From Eledone cirrhosa (taxonomy: Eukaryota), in contig OZ024741.1 in NCBI GenBank assembly GCA_964016885.1, forward strand, positions 136,276,001 to 136,340,000: 64,000 nucleotides of DNA, written 5' to 3'. Within the stretch, counting starts at the first letter, position 1, and every line of letters starts with the position of its first letter. Under the pieces are notes generated by a model. It was not told where the DNA came from and searched no databases. It saw only the letters and a program-made list of their open reading frames with translations. The translations under genes and the position numbers were made by a program. Below, in pieces: positions 44,520 to 60,628 of the stretch.

Positions 44520-46053
44520 TAACATCACGCTAGAAAGATTGGCTATCAAGTCATAGTTCCTATAATGTTGCTAGGGAGAAATGATGGAAATGAGAGAGCA
44601 AGGAGAACTAGGTGAAATGTATCATAATTTAATTTCTTCATATTTCGATTCCGATTTAAAATTCCGTCACGGATAAATTTTCATTAATCTGTGCTTCATC
44701 ATTTACATAAAAATACCAATATCAAATCAATAGAATACATATCTCTTCTTAAAACCTTATATGAAGCCTTTAAAACCATTGCACGTGCATTTGTAATAAC
44801 ACTATGTTAATTTCTCTGAATGAAATAAATATGACCAATTTAATAGTTAAATTATTTACACATATTGGAATGAGAAATTTATATAGAATGAAGTACTCCA
44901 TTCCAATTACTCCCAAGAGTTGAAATTTAAAGGTAGCTTTTAAATGTCTAATATTAATCTGCTACGGCATATTCCTGTATGACTACATATAATTACTATT
45001 TTAAAAAAAGAACGAAATGAGCGTACACTGTTATAAAATCTGCATTTATGTTATTCAACAGACAGTTAGCTAATAATTTAAAATCTAGTAATGGCTAAAG
45101 TTTAAAATTTCCTGATATATTTTCATTTTAAAGAAAATTTTGATATATAAGGAAACAGCATATACTAATGAACTCATGTCTCTAACTTTTTATTATCACA
45201 TTTTTAATGAAATTCACCATTTAGTTGTTTCGATTAGTTTTGGAAATAATCAAGAATTTGAATGAATTTTTACTATAACATTTTCATTATTAAGCTGGTG
45301 TTTGGATCTGAACAAATGTTATTTCATAAAAGTATGACGAAATATTTTTAGATAAATAAAAACATTTTAGACAGAGACATTTGCATCATAGAACCATGTG
45401 CAGTTTTATGGGTGTTGGTAATTTAATAAGACAGCTGACTGACACCTCACCGGTTTCGAAGATCAACAGTCGAACGGTCGGGTGAACGGGCAACTGAAGG
45501 TCCAGCTCATGAATTAACGTGTAAGTGGTTGAATATTCCACATGCACAATTACCCTTAACATAATTCAAAGACCTAATCAGCGTAACACAACAACGTGAC
45601 AAGGCTGTGCCTTTGAATTTACAGATACAATCTATCCAACGGACTACACCTTTTTCGTTTACCCAATGTTACTCACAAAACTTGTGAATCGAACCTGACA
45701 CGTCGTGGTTACGAAGCGAACTTCTTAACCACTCAGCCATGTCTACATCCACATTTACGAAACCAAGCAGGTCCCGTGTTCAGTACAACTGCGTGGTATC
45801 TTGTGCAAGTGACTCTGTCATTGATTCGGGTTAGGCGAAGCTTTGTGGGTGAAACTGTATAGAAGCCCATCGTATTAATTGCACTTGTAATTCAAAGGTG
45901 CTGTCTTAACATATGTTTGACCACGCTGATTCCACTTGGGAATTATGTTTATGTGGACAGGTATGTGAAATACTCAACTATTTGTACGTTGGAGATTTAG
46001 CTATTTAGCTTATTAATCAACCTAATGCGTGTGCGTGTGTTTGTGTGTATAAT

Positions 46054-46099
<46 letters not shown>

Positions 46100-46151
46100 T
46101 ACATACATACATACATACATACATTCATACATACATACATACATACATACA

Positions 46152-46186
<35 letters not shown>

Positions 46187-46884
46187 GTACGCAATTTGAG
46201 CGCTATTACTCATCCTCGACGTGCGCTAGCAACCTAAGTGTATGACACAGTTATATATGTATAAATACAAAGAGTGTAATCGAGACTGCACTAATGTGTA
46301 TAAAATATATACACATGATCACCACCCAGGCATAACATCCATTATCAATCTAGACTGTAATATTAAGGAATTTAGTAGGAATAGGTAAAATCGATTGTAT
46401 TACAGCAATTACAAGGGGATGGGGTCAATTGAGATGTTGTTTGAAAGTCCGATAAAATGTGTCGCCATATTTATATCACCTGTGCAAATTTGACAGAGGT
46501 TAACTATGCTTTTCATTCTATTGAGATCGATGACTGCTGCACAAGCGCTGGGCTGGTGCAGCAGTTCTCTAATTCCCCAACTGTCACATCATAGATATTC
46601 CACTGAATCAAGAGTGAGACAGCGGAGAGTGTTTGTTTCTGCTCGTGACTACATGACCACCTAACTAAAGTCATTATAGATAGCGTGTCACATGCTACCA
46701 GCCGTTGCTCAATTGAACTCTGTATCGAATGAGCGATGACACCCCTGGGTTGCTTCGCCCTTTGATGGTTATATTTCTCATTCAAACAAAGCAAGATGCC
46801 CACAGATCACCCTCCTCACTAAGCAATGTTAGTTGGGTTTTCGGTTTAGTCGTGGATGACGAGACAATGTGACTAAAGAGTTAC

Positions 46885-47014
46885 GGCCCTTTATGGTCTG
46901 AGTTCAAATCCCGCCGAGGTTAACTTTGCCTTTCATCCTTACGGGGTCGATAAAATAAAGTACCAGTAATGCACTAGGTAATTGCTAGCCTTGTGCCAAA
47001 AGTAGAAACAATTA
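46885..47014 (+). mobile_element. SINE (main family), 5'-truncated
   Basis: GAGTTCAAATCCCGCCGAGGTTAACTTTGCCTTTCATCCTTACGGGGTCGATAAAATAAAGTACCAG. Confidence 0.85.
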
Positions 47015-48031
47015 TTAAATTATCAATACCAGAAGCACCGAACGTCAGTCCAGAATTCTATCTCGTAAGGCTCTCACATTATAGGAGTGTTTCTCTGCCT
47101 ATTCGCAACATGTGCACATAGAACCATTAAAGAAAGCCTATTATATGCTATGAAGACAACCTCGATTGCAAGTGGCAGCTATACATTTAAAATCTAGTAC
47201 CTAACTGGATATCATTGATATTGTTTCAATATCATAAACTGGGAAAGACAAGCCAAAGCCCAGTTTAATTTAGATCTCAGATTAAAAAAAGTAGGACCAA
47301 ACTAAAATTGGTAATATATTTAATCCAGCGTTCTTGTACAGTACCAAACAACTCAAAACCTTGGCAATAGATGAATGTTAAACAATATTCTCGTAGAAAA
47401 TTAAACGAACCAAGTAAACACGAAAAACAAAGCTATATTTGTCTGTTAATAAAATAAAAGAATATTTGAAGCTAGATAGAAGCGTTGCCAAGTTTTCTTC
47501 TGGCATTATTTACTGTTGTCTGAAAGCAAACTATGATAGTTAAAAGAATCCGATTAATACAGAGCAGGTCATGTGAAAAGGTACTTGGTCAAGGATACAC
47601 ACAAATACAAACACAAGGAAAGAACACGTTCATACATTACAGATTTGACTTTTTCCCTGTATAGGGTTGTGGTATTTGTGTTGCATCATATGTGTGTGTG
47701 TGTGTCTGTGTGTTTGTGTGTGTATGTGTATCTGTGATTATATATATAAAATATATGTATAGATAGATACACACAGAATGAGGGAGAAGGAGTATAAAAT
47801 GCTTCAGTGACGGTTTCAACGATGTGAATTCTGTTATATCGATCAACCTGGCCGATAAATTACCATATACGTGGTTGAGTATCCCGCTGATACGTGAATA
47901 GTTAAACTAATCCTGACGCAGTGAACAATAAGGTAAAATCCATTGAACAGTCTTTCACATAATTTCTGCCTGTTCAGTTTTGATGGGAAATTTCTCTCCG
48001 GCCGAACATCTTAGCCATTGAGCCATATATC

Positions 48032-48115
<84 letters not shown>

Positions 48116-48227
48116 GATAGTTAACACATATATATCCTAGAAACGATCGTTAAATAATGAACTTTTTTTGTTTAATATAAAGAACTGTTTCATTGTTTTA
48201 TTCATTATTTTTTTAATATTTTATCTT

Positions 48228-48273
<46 letters not shown>

Positions 48274-48661
48274 GGTGTGTGTGTGCATAAGTACACACAC
48301 AAATGCACACATATATATGTGTGTGTATATATATATATGACCGTTTATGCTCCTATTAGTCCACTCACCGTCAACGTCCGCTAGAAGACTAAGTTATATC
48401 TGTATAAATAGAGAGTTTGTAGCCGAGACAGCGCTAATGTGTATAAAATATATACACATGATGACCGCCCAATTAGATTTTAAAAAATCGATTATTCCAC
48501 TTTAGAGACAAATGATGTTTCCACTTTAAAAATGATATTTCCACTTTAGAGAGAAATTCCTATTTTCTGACTACGTATATGGCTGCGTATTAGATATGCG
48601 TATATAGCTATACACGTTATTGATGTTTCAGTTACAATATATTTTCATATAGATATGTATA

Positions 48662-48779
<118 letters not shown>

Positions 48780-48863
48780 CACATATATATATATATATAC
48801 ATATATATACATATCTATATGAAAACATTGTGTAACTGAAATATATATATATATATATGTGTG

Positions 48864-49045
<182 letters not shown>

Positions 49046-49111
49046 TATATATATGTGTGCATATATATATATATATGTACATATATATATATATGTACAT
49101 ATATATATATA

Positions 49112-49200
<89 letters not shown>

Positions 49201-49485
49201 ACATATATATATATATATACAGTATTTTCCGTTGTGTTGTAATATAAATATTACACACAGTAGATTATCAGCTCACGTAGAGTTTGCTCGACGGATAACC
49301 TTAAATTACCATACTAATAATGAAAAGATATGCTGATGAGAATAGGTACAAATATGCGATAATGAATGTGTCTAAAAACGTCCATAAGTATGTATATATA
49401 TGTGAAAATGTATATAAATAAGTAAATATATATATATGTTTGATGTGTATAGTTAAATGTAAGTGTATTCATGTATTAAAGTGCT

Positions 49486-49516
<31 letters not shown>

Positions 49517-49543
49517 GTATATGTATATATATGTATGTATATG

Positions 49544-49574
<31 letters not shown>

Positions 49575-50162
49575 GTGTATATATATATATATATATATGT
49601 GTATGTATATATGTGTATATGGATGTGTATGTATGTGTATGTGTGTACACATGGACTAGAGTATGTATGTATATATGTGTGTGTCTATACGTGTGTATAT
49701 AAAGATAAGTTGAGTATGAAAATGTATACACATGAGCGCGTATGTATGTACATGAATACATGTGTGTATATATATGTGTATGCATGTGTATATATATGTA
49801 AGTATGAATATGTGAATTGTGAGTATATGTATTTTGTAGAGGTGTGCAAATATATTTGTGTGAATGCGTGGGTGAAAGGATACGTACACTTGAAAGAAAA
49901 ATTTAAGTCTGAATGTTAATTAAGTGCAAACACAAAACCAACCACGCATATCTTTACTATCTCTAATCCTTCTATAGATTTAGAAAAATAACCAATAATA
50001 TATTCTATAAAAAATGTCAAAACAACAGATGGGAATCTAATTACTCACTGCCACCAAGAATTCTCACTGCTATCGAAAAACCACTCCTTCCACTATTCTT
50101 CTAACAACTTCACCCCTCCCTCCTAATATTCTCTATAAAAACTAAATAGGTCCTCAGTAATA

Positions 50163-50279
50163 TTATTCTGATGAAATGACAGTAAATAATAACATTGAAA
50201 TATTAAATGTCTGCATAACTAAAAGTTTGTAGATAGCTGTTTTAGGTTATGTAACTGTTATAGAAACACGTGTCAATAA
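50163..50279 (+). ncRNA. Type I hammerhead ribozyme with ~88-nt branched stem II (family D)
   Basis: TTATT CTGATGA aATGACAGT...ACTGTTATa GAAAC-ACGT-GTC AATAA; internal hairpin TGCATAACTAAAA/TTTTAGGTTATGTA. Confidence 0.75.
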
Positions 50280-50316
50280 ATTCCTTTCAACTAAACTGTA
50301 TCCATTCAAATCTTTC

Positions 50317-50350
<34 letters not shown>

Positions 50351-50519
50351 TATCAACATATATATATATATATGTATATGTATATGTATATGAAGGAGGT
50401 GAGTTTTATTGTAGTACAATAAAGCAATGCAGATATCGGATAGGAAGCACTCTACAGTTTGTAGGACTGGAGTATATATAATATATGAGAACAAAAGATG
50501 GTTAAAAGAGTTCCATGTA

Positions 50520-50586
50520 TTTTATTATGCGCATTTCAAAAACAAATATCATCATGCAATAATATTTGTGTTTTCATCAGATAAAA
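50520..50586 (-). ncRNA. Minimal type I hammerhead ribozyme (family J), left arm of fold-back
   Basis: Sense: TTTTAT CTGATGA AAACACAAATATTAT...ATGATATTTGTTTTT GAAA-TGCGCA-TA ATAAAA. Confidence 0.82.
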
Positions 50587-50661
50587 CAGGAAGACATGAT
50601 ATGTTGATTTAAAACTGCACTATCCACAAGTGTTTTTAAATCTTCATATCATGTCTTCCTG

Positions 50662-50728
50662 TTTTATCTGATGAAAACACAAATATTATTGCATGATGAT
50701 ATTTGTTTTTGAAATGCGCATAATAAAA
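50662..50728 (+). ncRNA. Minimal type I hammerhead ribozyme (family J), right arm
   Basis: Same motif on + strand; inverted arms ~50480-50603 / 50645-50770. Confidence 0.82.
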
Positions 50729-51053
50729 GACATGGAACTCTTTTAACCATCTTTTGTTCTTATATATTGTATATGTATATATATATGATATATGATATAT
50801 ATGATATATGATATATATATATATATGTATATATATATATGATGATGATGATGATGATGACGAATAACGATTGGAAATAATCATTATCATGATGATGATG
50901 ATGATGACAATTTAAAAAAAATATGATGGTGGTGATGATGATGATGATATTAAGTCAAATATAAATTTGAACAAATAAATATCGAGAAGAAATTAAAAAT
51001 AAAAATAAAAGAATATATATATATATGTATATATATATGTCTGTGTATATATA

Positions 51054-51091
<38 letters not shown>

Positions 51092-51096
51092 ATGAA

Positions 51097-51165
<69 letters not shown>

Positions 51166-51413
51166 TTTAAGAAAATACCAAAAAATTGGGGAAGAAGAAA
51201 AAATAATAAAATATCGGAGGTGAATGAAACTATTTTCAACAAAATTAACCAAAAATCACTAAAGAAAATGATTTTTAAAATAATTTTTTTAATTTTGAAA
51301 AATAACAAATGACAAGAGCGACAACAACAACATCAACATATACAGAAATGTGATGAAAAGGCAAAAGGGAAAATGGAAAGTGCGTTTAAGTTGAAAAAAA
51401 AAAAAAAAAAAAG

Positions 51414-52484
51414 AACAGGGTCCCACAAGGCATTGTTTTGGGCCCACTTCTCTTCATCATCTATATTAATGACATCACTGACATCATCAAACACAGCAAC
51501 ATTAGAATTTTCGCTGATGATTCCAAGCTCCAAAAGGTCATCAATGGCGTGGATGACCAGATAAGCCTTCAGTCACACCTACTGGCTGTTACCCAATGGG
51601 CGGAAAAGAACAACATGTTACTGAACGAAGACAAATTCGAACTGATCCACTTTGGAAAAGAGGATGCTCTGAAACTCCCGTACTACCTTCTCTCCGGTGA
51701 AACTCTCGTTGCATCTAACAACATCAGAGACTTGGAAGTAACCGTGGACAGCAACATAAGCTGGGCCACGCATATAAGCAGCAAAGTTGACATGGCCCGC
51801 AGAATGTGTTCCTGGATCCTCAGAACCTTCCAGTCGAGAGATTCCCACACCATTATCCTTCTCTTCTCCAATTTTGCCCGACTACACTTTGAATACTGTT
51901 GTCCACTGTGGTCTCCCCAAACGAAACAAAGTATCATGAAACTTGAAGCTCCCCAAAGGGCAATCACGAAAAACATAGATGGCATATCAGACCTTGACTA
52001 CTGGGGTCGACTAGAAAAGCTGAAACTTGACTCACTCCAACGTCGCCGTGAGCGTTATATTATCTGCATGATGTGGAAAATGTTTCATCAGCACTGCCCA
52101 AATGATGTTGGCATCACCTTCAAAATACAGCCAAGGCTTGGGCCCCGTGCTATCCGTCCCAAACAAAAATCTAAATCGCAACTCATAACAACAATACGGC
52201 ACAATTATTTCACCTCAATTGGCCCTGCTCTCTTCAACATTACACCAGGACACGTCAAAACAGGAACTGACCACACAAAATTCAAGAAGTCTTTGGACAA
52301 ATTCCTCCAAGTAATCCCGGACAAACCACCCACACCCGGATATGTCTCCGCAAACAGTAATTCTCTTCTCGAATGGGCCATGGTGCCCAAATCCTGAATT
52401 GAAAGAGTTCGCCAGGTTGTGCTATTAAGTTAAACATGGCCTGGGCCAATACTGGCCAAGACATTTCAAAGTTATTCAAAGTTA
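51414..52484 (+). mobile_element. 5'-truncated CR1-type LINE (RT C-terminal part, short 3' UTR, tandem tail)
   Basis: TG(V)PQG..LGPLLFIIYINDI, FADDSKL, NEDKFELIHF, RDLEV, RLHFEYCCPLWSP, LDYWGRLEKLKLDSLQRRRER; ends TTCAAAGTTATTCAAAGTTA. Confidence 0.9.
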
Positions 52485-52519
52485 TATATATGTATATATA
52501 TATATATATATATGTATAT

Positions 52520-52928
52520 TTATAAAACCATATTTATTTCATTATACATATTTCAAGGACACCAAGTTAAATTACGGTGTGCTTTCATTAGATAAAATAT
52601 AATATAGATCAGTTTTATAAATAAATATTGACATACACTTAAAGAATGCAACCATTGCTGTTGGAAGCTCCCGGGAGCTTCCAACAGCATTCTTTAAGGG
52701 TATGTCAATATTTATTTATAAAACTGACCTATATTATATTTTATCTGATGAAAGCACACCATAATTTAACTTGGTGTCCTTGAAATATGTATAATGAAAT
52801 AAATATGGTTTAAAAAATATACTTTACATTTGTTAATATCGTATTTTTACTCCAAATATTTGTTGAGTGCTTTATATCAGTTATAAAAATATTTACTTGT
52901 TGTATCCCAACAATTTAAATAGAACTTT

Positions 52929-52932
<4 letters not shown>
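52520..52932. repeat. Spacerless ~150-bp-arm palindrome of family B centred at 52672/52673
   Basis: GAAGCTCCC|GGGAGCTTC centre; each arm holds a hammerhead motif (52535-52599 minus, core CTAATGA; 52737-52801 plus, core CTGATGA). Confidence 0.88.
52737..52801 (+). ncRNA. Minimal type I hammerhead ribozyme (family B)
   Basis: TATTTTAT CTGATGA AAGcACACCA...TGGTGTcCTT GAAA-TATGTA-TA ATGAAATA. Confidence 0.75.
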
Positions 52933-52994
<62 letters not shown>

Positions 52995-53130
52995 AAGCTG
53001 AAACTTTACTCACTCCAACGTCGCCGTGAGCGTTATATTATCTGCATGATGTGGAAAATGTTTCATCAGCACTGCCCAAATGATGTTGGCATCACCTTCA
53101 AAATACACCCAAGGCTTGGGCCCCGTGCTA
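52995..53130 (+). repeat. Internal CR1 fragment, near-identical to 52017-52152
   Basis: Direct comparison shows about 2 substitutions. Confidence 0.9.
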
Positions 53131-53219
53131 TATATGTATATATATATATGTCTATATATATATATATGTCTATATTTATGTATATATGTATATATGTATA
53201 TATATATATATATGTATAA

Positions 53220-53549
53220 TGTAGAAGGTGAGTTTTATTGTAGTACAATCAAGCAATGCAGATATCGGATAAGAAGCACTCTACAATTTGTAGGACTGGA
53301 GTATATATAATATATAAGAACAAAAGATGGTTAAAAGAGTTCCATGTATTTTATTATGCGCATTTCAAAAACAAATATCATCGTGCAATAATATTTGTGT
53401 TTTCATAAGATAAAACAGGAAGACATGATATGAAGGTTAAAAAACACTTGTGGATAGTGCAGTTTTAAATCAACATGATGATATTTGTTTTTGAAATGCG
53501 CATAATAAAATACATGGAACTCTTTTAAACATCTTTTGTTCTTATATAT

Positions 53550-53550
<1 letters not shown>
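53220..53550 (-). mobile_element. Family J element with hammerhead (53349-53415, core CTTATGA) and inverted arm
   Basis: Homologous to 50392-50770. Confidence 0.8.
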
Positions 53551-54983
<1,433 letters not shown>

Positions 54984-56292
54984 TGTTGTGTGCGTGTATG
55001 TGTGTGCGTATCTGCGTCATTGTTTTGAAGTAGCAGCTATGTAAGTTGTTAATGGAATTCCTTGTCTCTCTTAAGTTAATGGCACTACTTGAAAATGTGT
55101 TTATCTTAATTCAAATATTTTAACTATTTAAAATTATATGCGAAGGTGTTTCTCTGCGCATGTTAGTTGATGCACGCCAAGTTGTGGATGACGACGCAGC
55201 CGTCTGTTATGGAGGAATCAGCTACGCAAATGCTACGCAGATATTAAAATTATCGATTTTTTTTTCCCATTTAAGCACAAGACTGCTGTTCTAAAGTAGA
55301 AGGAAGATTTTTACGATTTTTCTATCTATTATCGATGGTACAGGGATGAGGAATACCTTATAGCACAAATTGAATCACTGACTCTATAATACTCATTGAA
55401 AGTGAAACTCTTTTGATAGTAAACCGCTTGAAACTGCACATAATTCTACAATACGAAACTGTTTGTATTTATATTAAAAAATATTCCATCAAATGATATG
55501 TTAGAACTTTTGTGAAGTTATGTTCCAAACACAAACTTGACAATGAGAAACATTTATCTATATTACTAAACCCCTCTAAATTCTCAAATATTTTCAAAAT
55601 TATTTCATTGGCCGTTTTTTATTAGAAATGTGATAACAAAAGGGTTAACGAGGTATATATACCCATATGAAGCATGTTTATGTACAATATATCCATCACT
55701 TATAATTAAACATGTTGTATATATGGATCTACATGCGCCTTTATTATGAATCACGCCATGCTTATTATGAATCACACCATGAACGATACATAAGAACATA
55801 TAGTTTAAGTTATGCAAACAATCGATATGGTACCAGGTGGACGTAGGCATGGTTAAGCGATTAAGAATTTCACTTCCTAATCATGATCACTAGCTTCGAG
55901 TTGATTCAATACTTGTGAGTAAAATTGTGTAGATGGAAACTGTGTGGAAGCTCTCCGAATGAGATATAATTAATACAGAAATCTTGTCAGCCACATAATG
56001 AGTTGTATGTGTAATTCAAAGTGCCCAATTTGTCATACATTGAGGTTCACTGAGAACTATATAAAAGATACACATATCTGTGGAATGCTCAACCACTAAC
56101 ACAGTAATTTCACGATCAAGCTGTTCTGTTGATCGAATAAACAGGAATGCTCATCTTTGGAAGCGACGTACATCGAACACACACATGCACGTACACACAC
56201 TCATACACACACACACACACTAATACACACACACACACATACACACATACACTCATACACACACAGTCAAAGAGAGAGGGGGTAGATAGATC

Positions 56293-56386
<94 letters not shown>

Positions 56387-57082
56387 AACAACAAATTATT
56401 TTCATTTTTTTTTTTTTCGAAATATATAATTAGGGCTTAGTTTAGTAAAAGTCAGTTTATCTTTCAATAACATTTCTAAATTCTATTTTAATATTAATAT
56501 AAATAGTTTGTGATCATGCATGGCGATGCTATATGATAGCTTATAAAATCTATAAAATAGGGTGAAGACCCTTTAAGACGGACAAAGAAGTTTTCATCGA
56601 GCGTTACGAGGAATCGATCCTCCATATCTCCCAGATTCGGGCTTGGCGCTTTGAAACAATTTAATAATTTACTTTGATGTTTCATTTTATTCAAATAAAA
56701 GTATTTTCATATAGCATATATGGGTCGTAATGAACGCCAGAAATTGTTGTCTATGAAACTATAATATAATTAATCAAAGAAAGCATTGATTTGGAGAGAC
56801 GCCCACGCAATCTACTGAATGTTAATTAAAACTGAGTGTACTTATTACAGCTATCTATGTTACAGTTTTCAATGATTCTATAATTAATTTACCAAGGTAT
56901 ATTTCAACCTAGTCCTTTATATTGTTACTGCAGATGAATAAAGTACTAAAATCATATACAAAACAGTCAGTACACCATTCCATAAAGCTGGCTGGTATTT
57001 TTGATAGTTCACATATTCTCTTTACAAATCATGGAAATATATGGGTCAGTCATACTTGAAGCAATATTTATTATTTAATACG

Positions 57083-57121
<39 letters not shown>

Positions 57122-57968
57122 GTATCTATATATCTATCTATGTATATATGGTCTTGTAACTCCTGATGGAGTTGTAGAGGTACCATAGTGATAACCATCG
57201 TATCACAGTTATTTTCAATCTGGTAGAGTCCACCCGCTCTCCAGTTTTGAACAAGGGGTATGAGTTTGTTAGAGAGGAAGTGCGAAAGTGTTGTAGTAAA
57301 AATATATGTGATCGCACACACACACGCACGCACGCGTACATACATATACATACACACACGTACATACATATATATATACATACACACATCCTCACACATA
57401 TACACACACACATACATATATACATACATCATAAACACACGCAAAAAATGGAAGAGTCTACCCTCAAATTCCTGCAGAAGTACATTGTGGGTGGGGGGGG
57501 GGGGGTTATATGGGTTTTGAAGTAACCCATTAGGTCCGAAGGGTCAACGTCAGGTGTAATGCAGTCCGTGGAGGTGACACGGTCAAAAAGGTAAGCACAC
57601 CACCGCAAACGTTAGGTAAATGAGCCAGTGTACTGTACCATCCTACAGAGGTAGATGTTGCTATCCAGTATTGGTATGTCCTCAGAAGAAGATGCGCAGG
57701 TAGACCTCTCCATGCTACTCAGCTGAAAGAGCTTTACTCGGGGGGTGGGGCATTATACGTGCGAAAGGTTCAGTAAGCCCGAAGACAACAGTTCAGTATG
57801 TCCGAAGAAAACTGGTGAGAGTACCAATTTCAGCACTCTATGCTGAGCGGTGTTTATACAATAAGAACAATGTGATGGAATTACATATGAGATTTATTGC
57901 TCAACGCGGTTACAAATGTTTCCCAGGCAGACGACGCGTGATCTGGGGACATCCCAGACCAGACTTCA

Positions 57969-58031
<63 letters not shown>

Positions 58032-58182
58032 CGGGTAAACTGGCTTCGAGTTGTGTCAGGTATCTTAAATCTAAAAAGATGATGTAATTCTGTTCACGAA
58101 AAGTTTTGAATTTCTTGCCACTTGCTTAAAAAACTACTTTTTATATACTATAATGTTATTTGTTAATATATTGATTGGATGT

Positions 58183-60047
58183 AGAGTGGCCGTATCGGTA
58201 GAACGCCAAACGATATTCTTTGTGGTATATAATTACGGTCTTTTAAGTTCTGGGTTCAAATACCGCCGTCGTTAGTTTTAGGTTTCATTTTTACAGGGTC
58301 GATAAAGTAACAGTAATGCACTAAGGTCGATTTTCTCGACTTTCTCATCCATCAAAATTGTTAGCCTTGTGCTTAAATCAGAAACCGTTATTATATTGAT
58401 GGGGCGGTAGATTGGCAGTATGGAAAGAGCGCCCGTCAGCATGCTTTGTGGCATTGAGTTCCAAACTTTTACGTTCTGAGTTCAAATCCCGTGGGCATTA
58501 GCTTTGCCTTTCATCCTTACGGGATTAATGAAAGTACCAGTAACGTACTGGGGTTAATTTTATCGACCTTCTCCTTCCCTTCAAGTTGTTGGCCTTGTAT
58601 CAAATGTAGAAACAGTTATTATATTGATTGGGCTATGATATCTTTTGTCATACATTTTATAGCATATATATACAGTTAAACACAATTTTCCATTCTCTGT
58701 CATATCAATCATCTCAAAAATAAATCTTATTTGCGTAATGAGATTGCTGAGATCTGATCCTATTTGTATCAGAATTAACACTTATCAAAATATCAGATGT
58801 TTTAATCGAATTCATTTTTTTTTTTTTTTTTTTTTATTTCTATTGAATACCGGATATAGCATTTGTTCTATCTCTTTTATATTGTTACAACTCATGTCAC
58901 AAGATATGTGAAATTTTGATGTTCTATACGCACATGATATTGAAATATATTTCTAACAATTAGTTGCCATTTCCTTGGCACATGCGTTTCAAGCCAACTT
59001 TGCAATTACATTATCGTACGAGCATTTTTGCTCTGAAATATCGATTACAGATATATCCTATATAAGGCTAGTTTTCTGAAATCTTACCGGAAATTGTTTT
59101 CAACACAATATTAACATTACTAATGAATCACCTATTCTGTCTTGTAGTGTTTGCTATTTAAAGATGGATAGCTTACATAGGATATAATTTCATATATTGG
59201 GATTATGCATTATTGTAAATTATTACGAAGGGCGGTGAATTGGCAATATTTTTTGTGGCAGTATGTTTTGGGCGCTGGATAAAATGCTTTGCGGCATTTA
59301 GTTATTGCTCTTTATGTTTTGAATTCTCATAACCCCCAAACACCCCACATCATCAACAACGCCGATATCACATCCTTCCGGGGTCTATAAAATAGAGGTT
59401 TAGCTTGGATTAGATGAGGTTGCATGAGAATGGTGAATTATCAGTAACGGTAGAATATACGACACCATGCTTTGCGGCATATAGTTGCTGCCCTTTACAT
59501 TATGTGTTGAAAGCCCGCTGAAGTTATCTTAGACTTTCATCCTTACTGGGTCTATAAAATTGAGAATTAGCTGGAATTATATGAGATTCCATAAGAAAGA
59601 TGAAATGGCAAAATCGTTAGAACGTTGGATAAAACGGATTATAGTATTTATTTATGCTTCTCTACTTTCTAAGTTCAAACACAGACGAGATCGTCTTCAC
59701 CTTTCATCCTTCTGGGGTCGATAAAATAAAGTACCCGGCAAGAACCGGGTCGATATAATCGACTTATTCCTCTTTCCCAAGTTTATGGTCCTGCGCCTAA
59801 ATTATAAACCAACCTAATATAATATGATTCATATTATATGAGGATGGTGCATTAATAGAACGGTTAGAGTGTCGAACAAAACAATTTGCGTAATTTGATC
59901 TGGCTCTTTACGTTCTGAGTTCAAATATCACCTAGATCAACTGTACATTTTAGGGTCGATAAAAACGTACCAGTCAATACTGAGGTTGATATAATCAATC
60001 AGTCTCGCAAAAATGCTAATCACGTGCTTAAATTAGAAACAGTTATT
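58183..60047 (+). mobile_element. Cluster of about six co-oriented degenerate SINEs
   Basis: Heads at ~58183, 58401, 59230, 59430, 59597, 59841, each with GTTCAAA/CTTTCATCC/GGGTCGATAAA remnants. Confidence 0.7.
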
Positions 60048-60155
60048 GTAAGTTGTTAGGAGTTGTTGATTTGAGAGAAAGAGCAGGAAATAACAGATAA
60101 TCTGAAGTGCATTCAGTGTTGGATGTAGACATCGGGGGTACCGGGTCACTTCAGG

Positions 60156-60205
<50 letters not shown>

Positions 60206-60628
60206 GAATATAAATCTTAAATATCAAAGTTAACTTGGCGCAAGTAAAAGGAATTGGAAAGTTATATATACAGGTATTAAATTGAAACATTTTAACCATT
60301 CTAAAACTAAAAAGCCCAGCTGAGGGCACAAATAGATTCCTGCAGCCGTTGTAGGTGGGGACCCGGGCAATTGCTCCCTTTGCCCCACATTAAATCCGGC
60401 CTTGAGTACATTTGTGATAATGTCGGTAGTAAAATGTTATGGTAGTATTTTAGTTTTTATCGTTTCCGCTCATTATATTGTGGTCATAATTCGGCACCAC
60501 CTTGATTTAATCGATTATATCGACCTCTGTTCTCATTGAAGCCTGGTATTAATCTTATTTATCTTTTGTTTGTTTGCCCTCTAATTCATGGGACAGTAAT
60601 GCAAATACACACATAAATGTAAAGATAA

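Noticed and set aside
46240-48470. Shared ~90-bp segment at ~46245-46328 and ~48385-48470
   Set aside because: A real dispersed repeat, but no diagnostic features to classify it
49329-49386. TATG CTGATGA...AAAAC GTC CATA
   Set aside because: GAAA is AAAA and stem II is offset; likely a dead hammerhead, so not listed as a feature
60340-60404. Possible hAT-like terminus (..TAAATCCGGCCTTG)
   Set aside because: No matching opposite TIR or target-site duplication found
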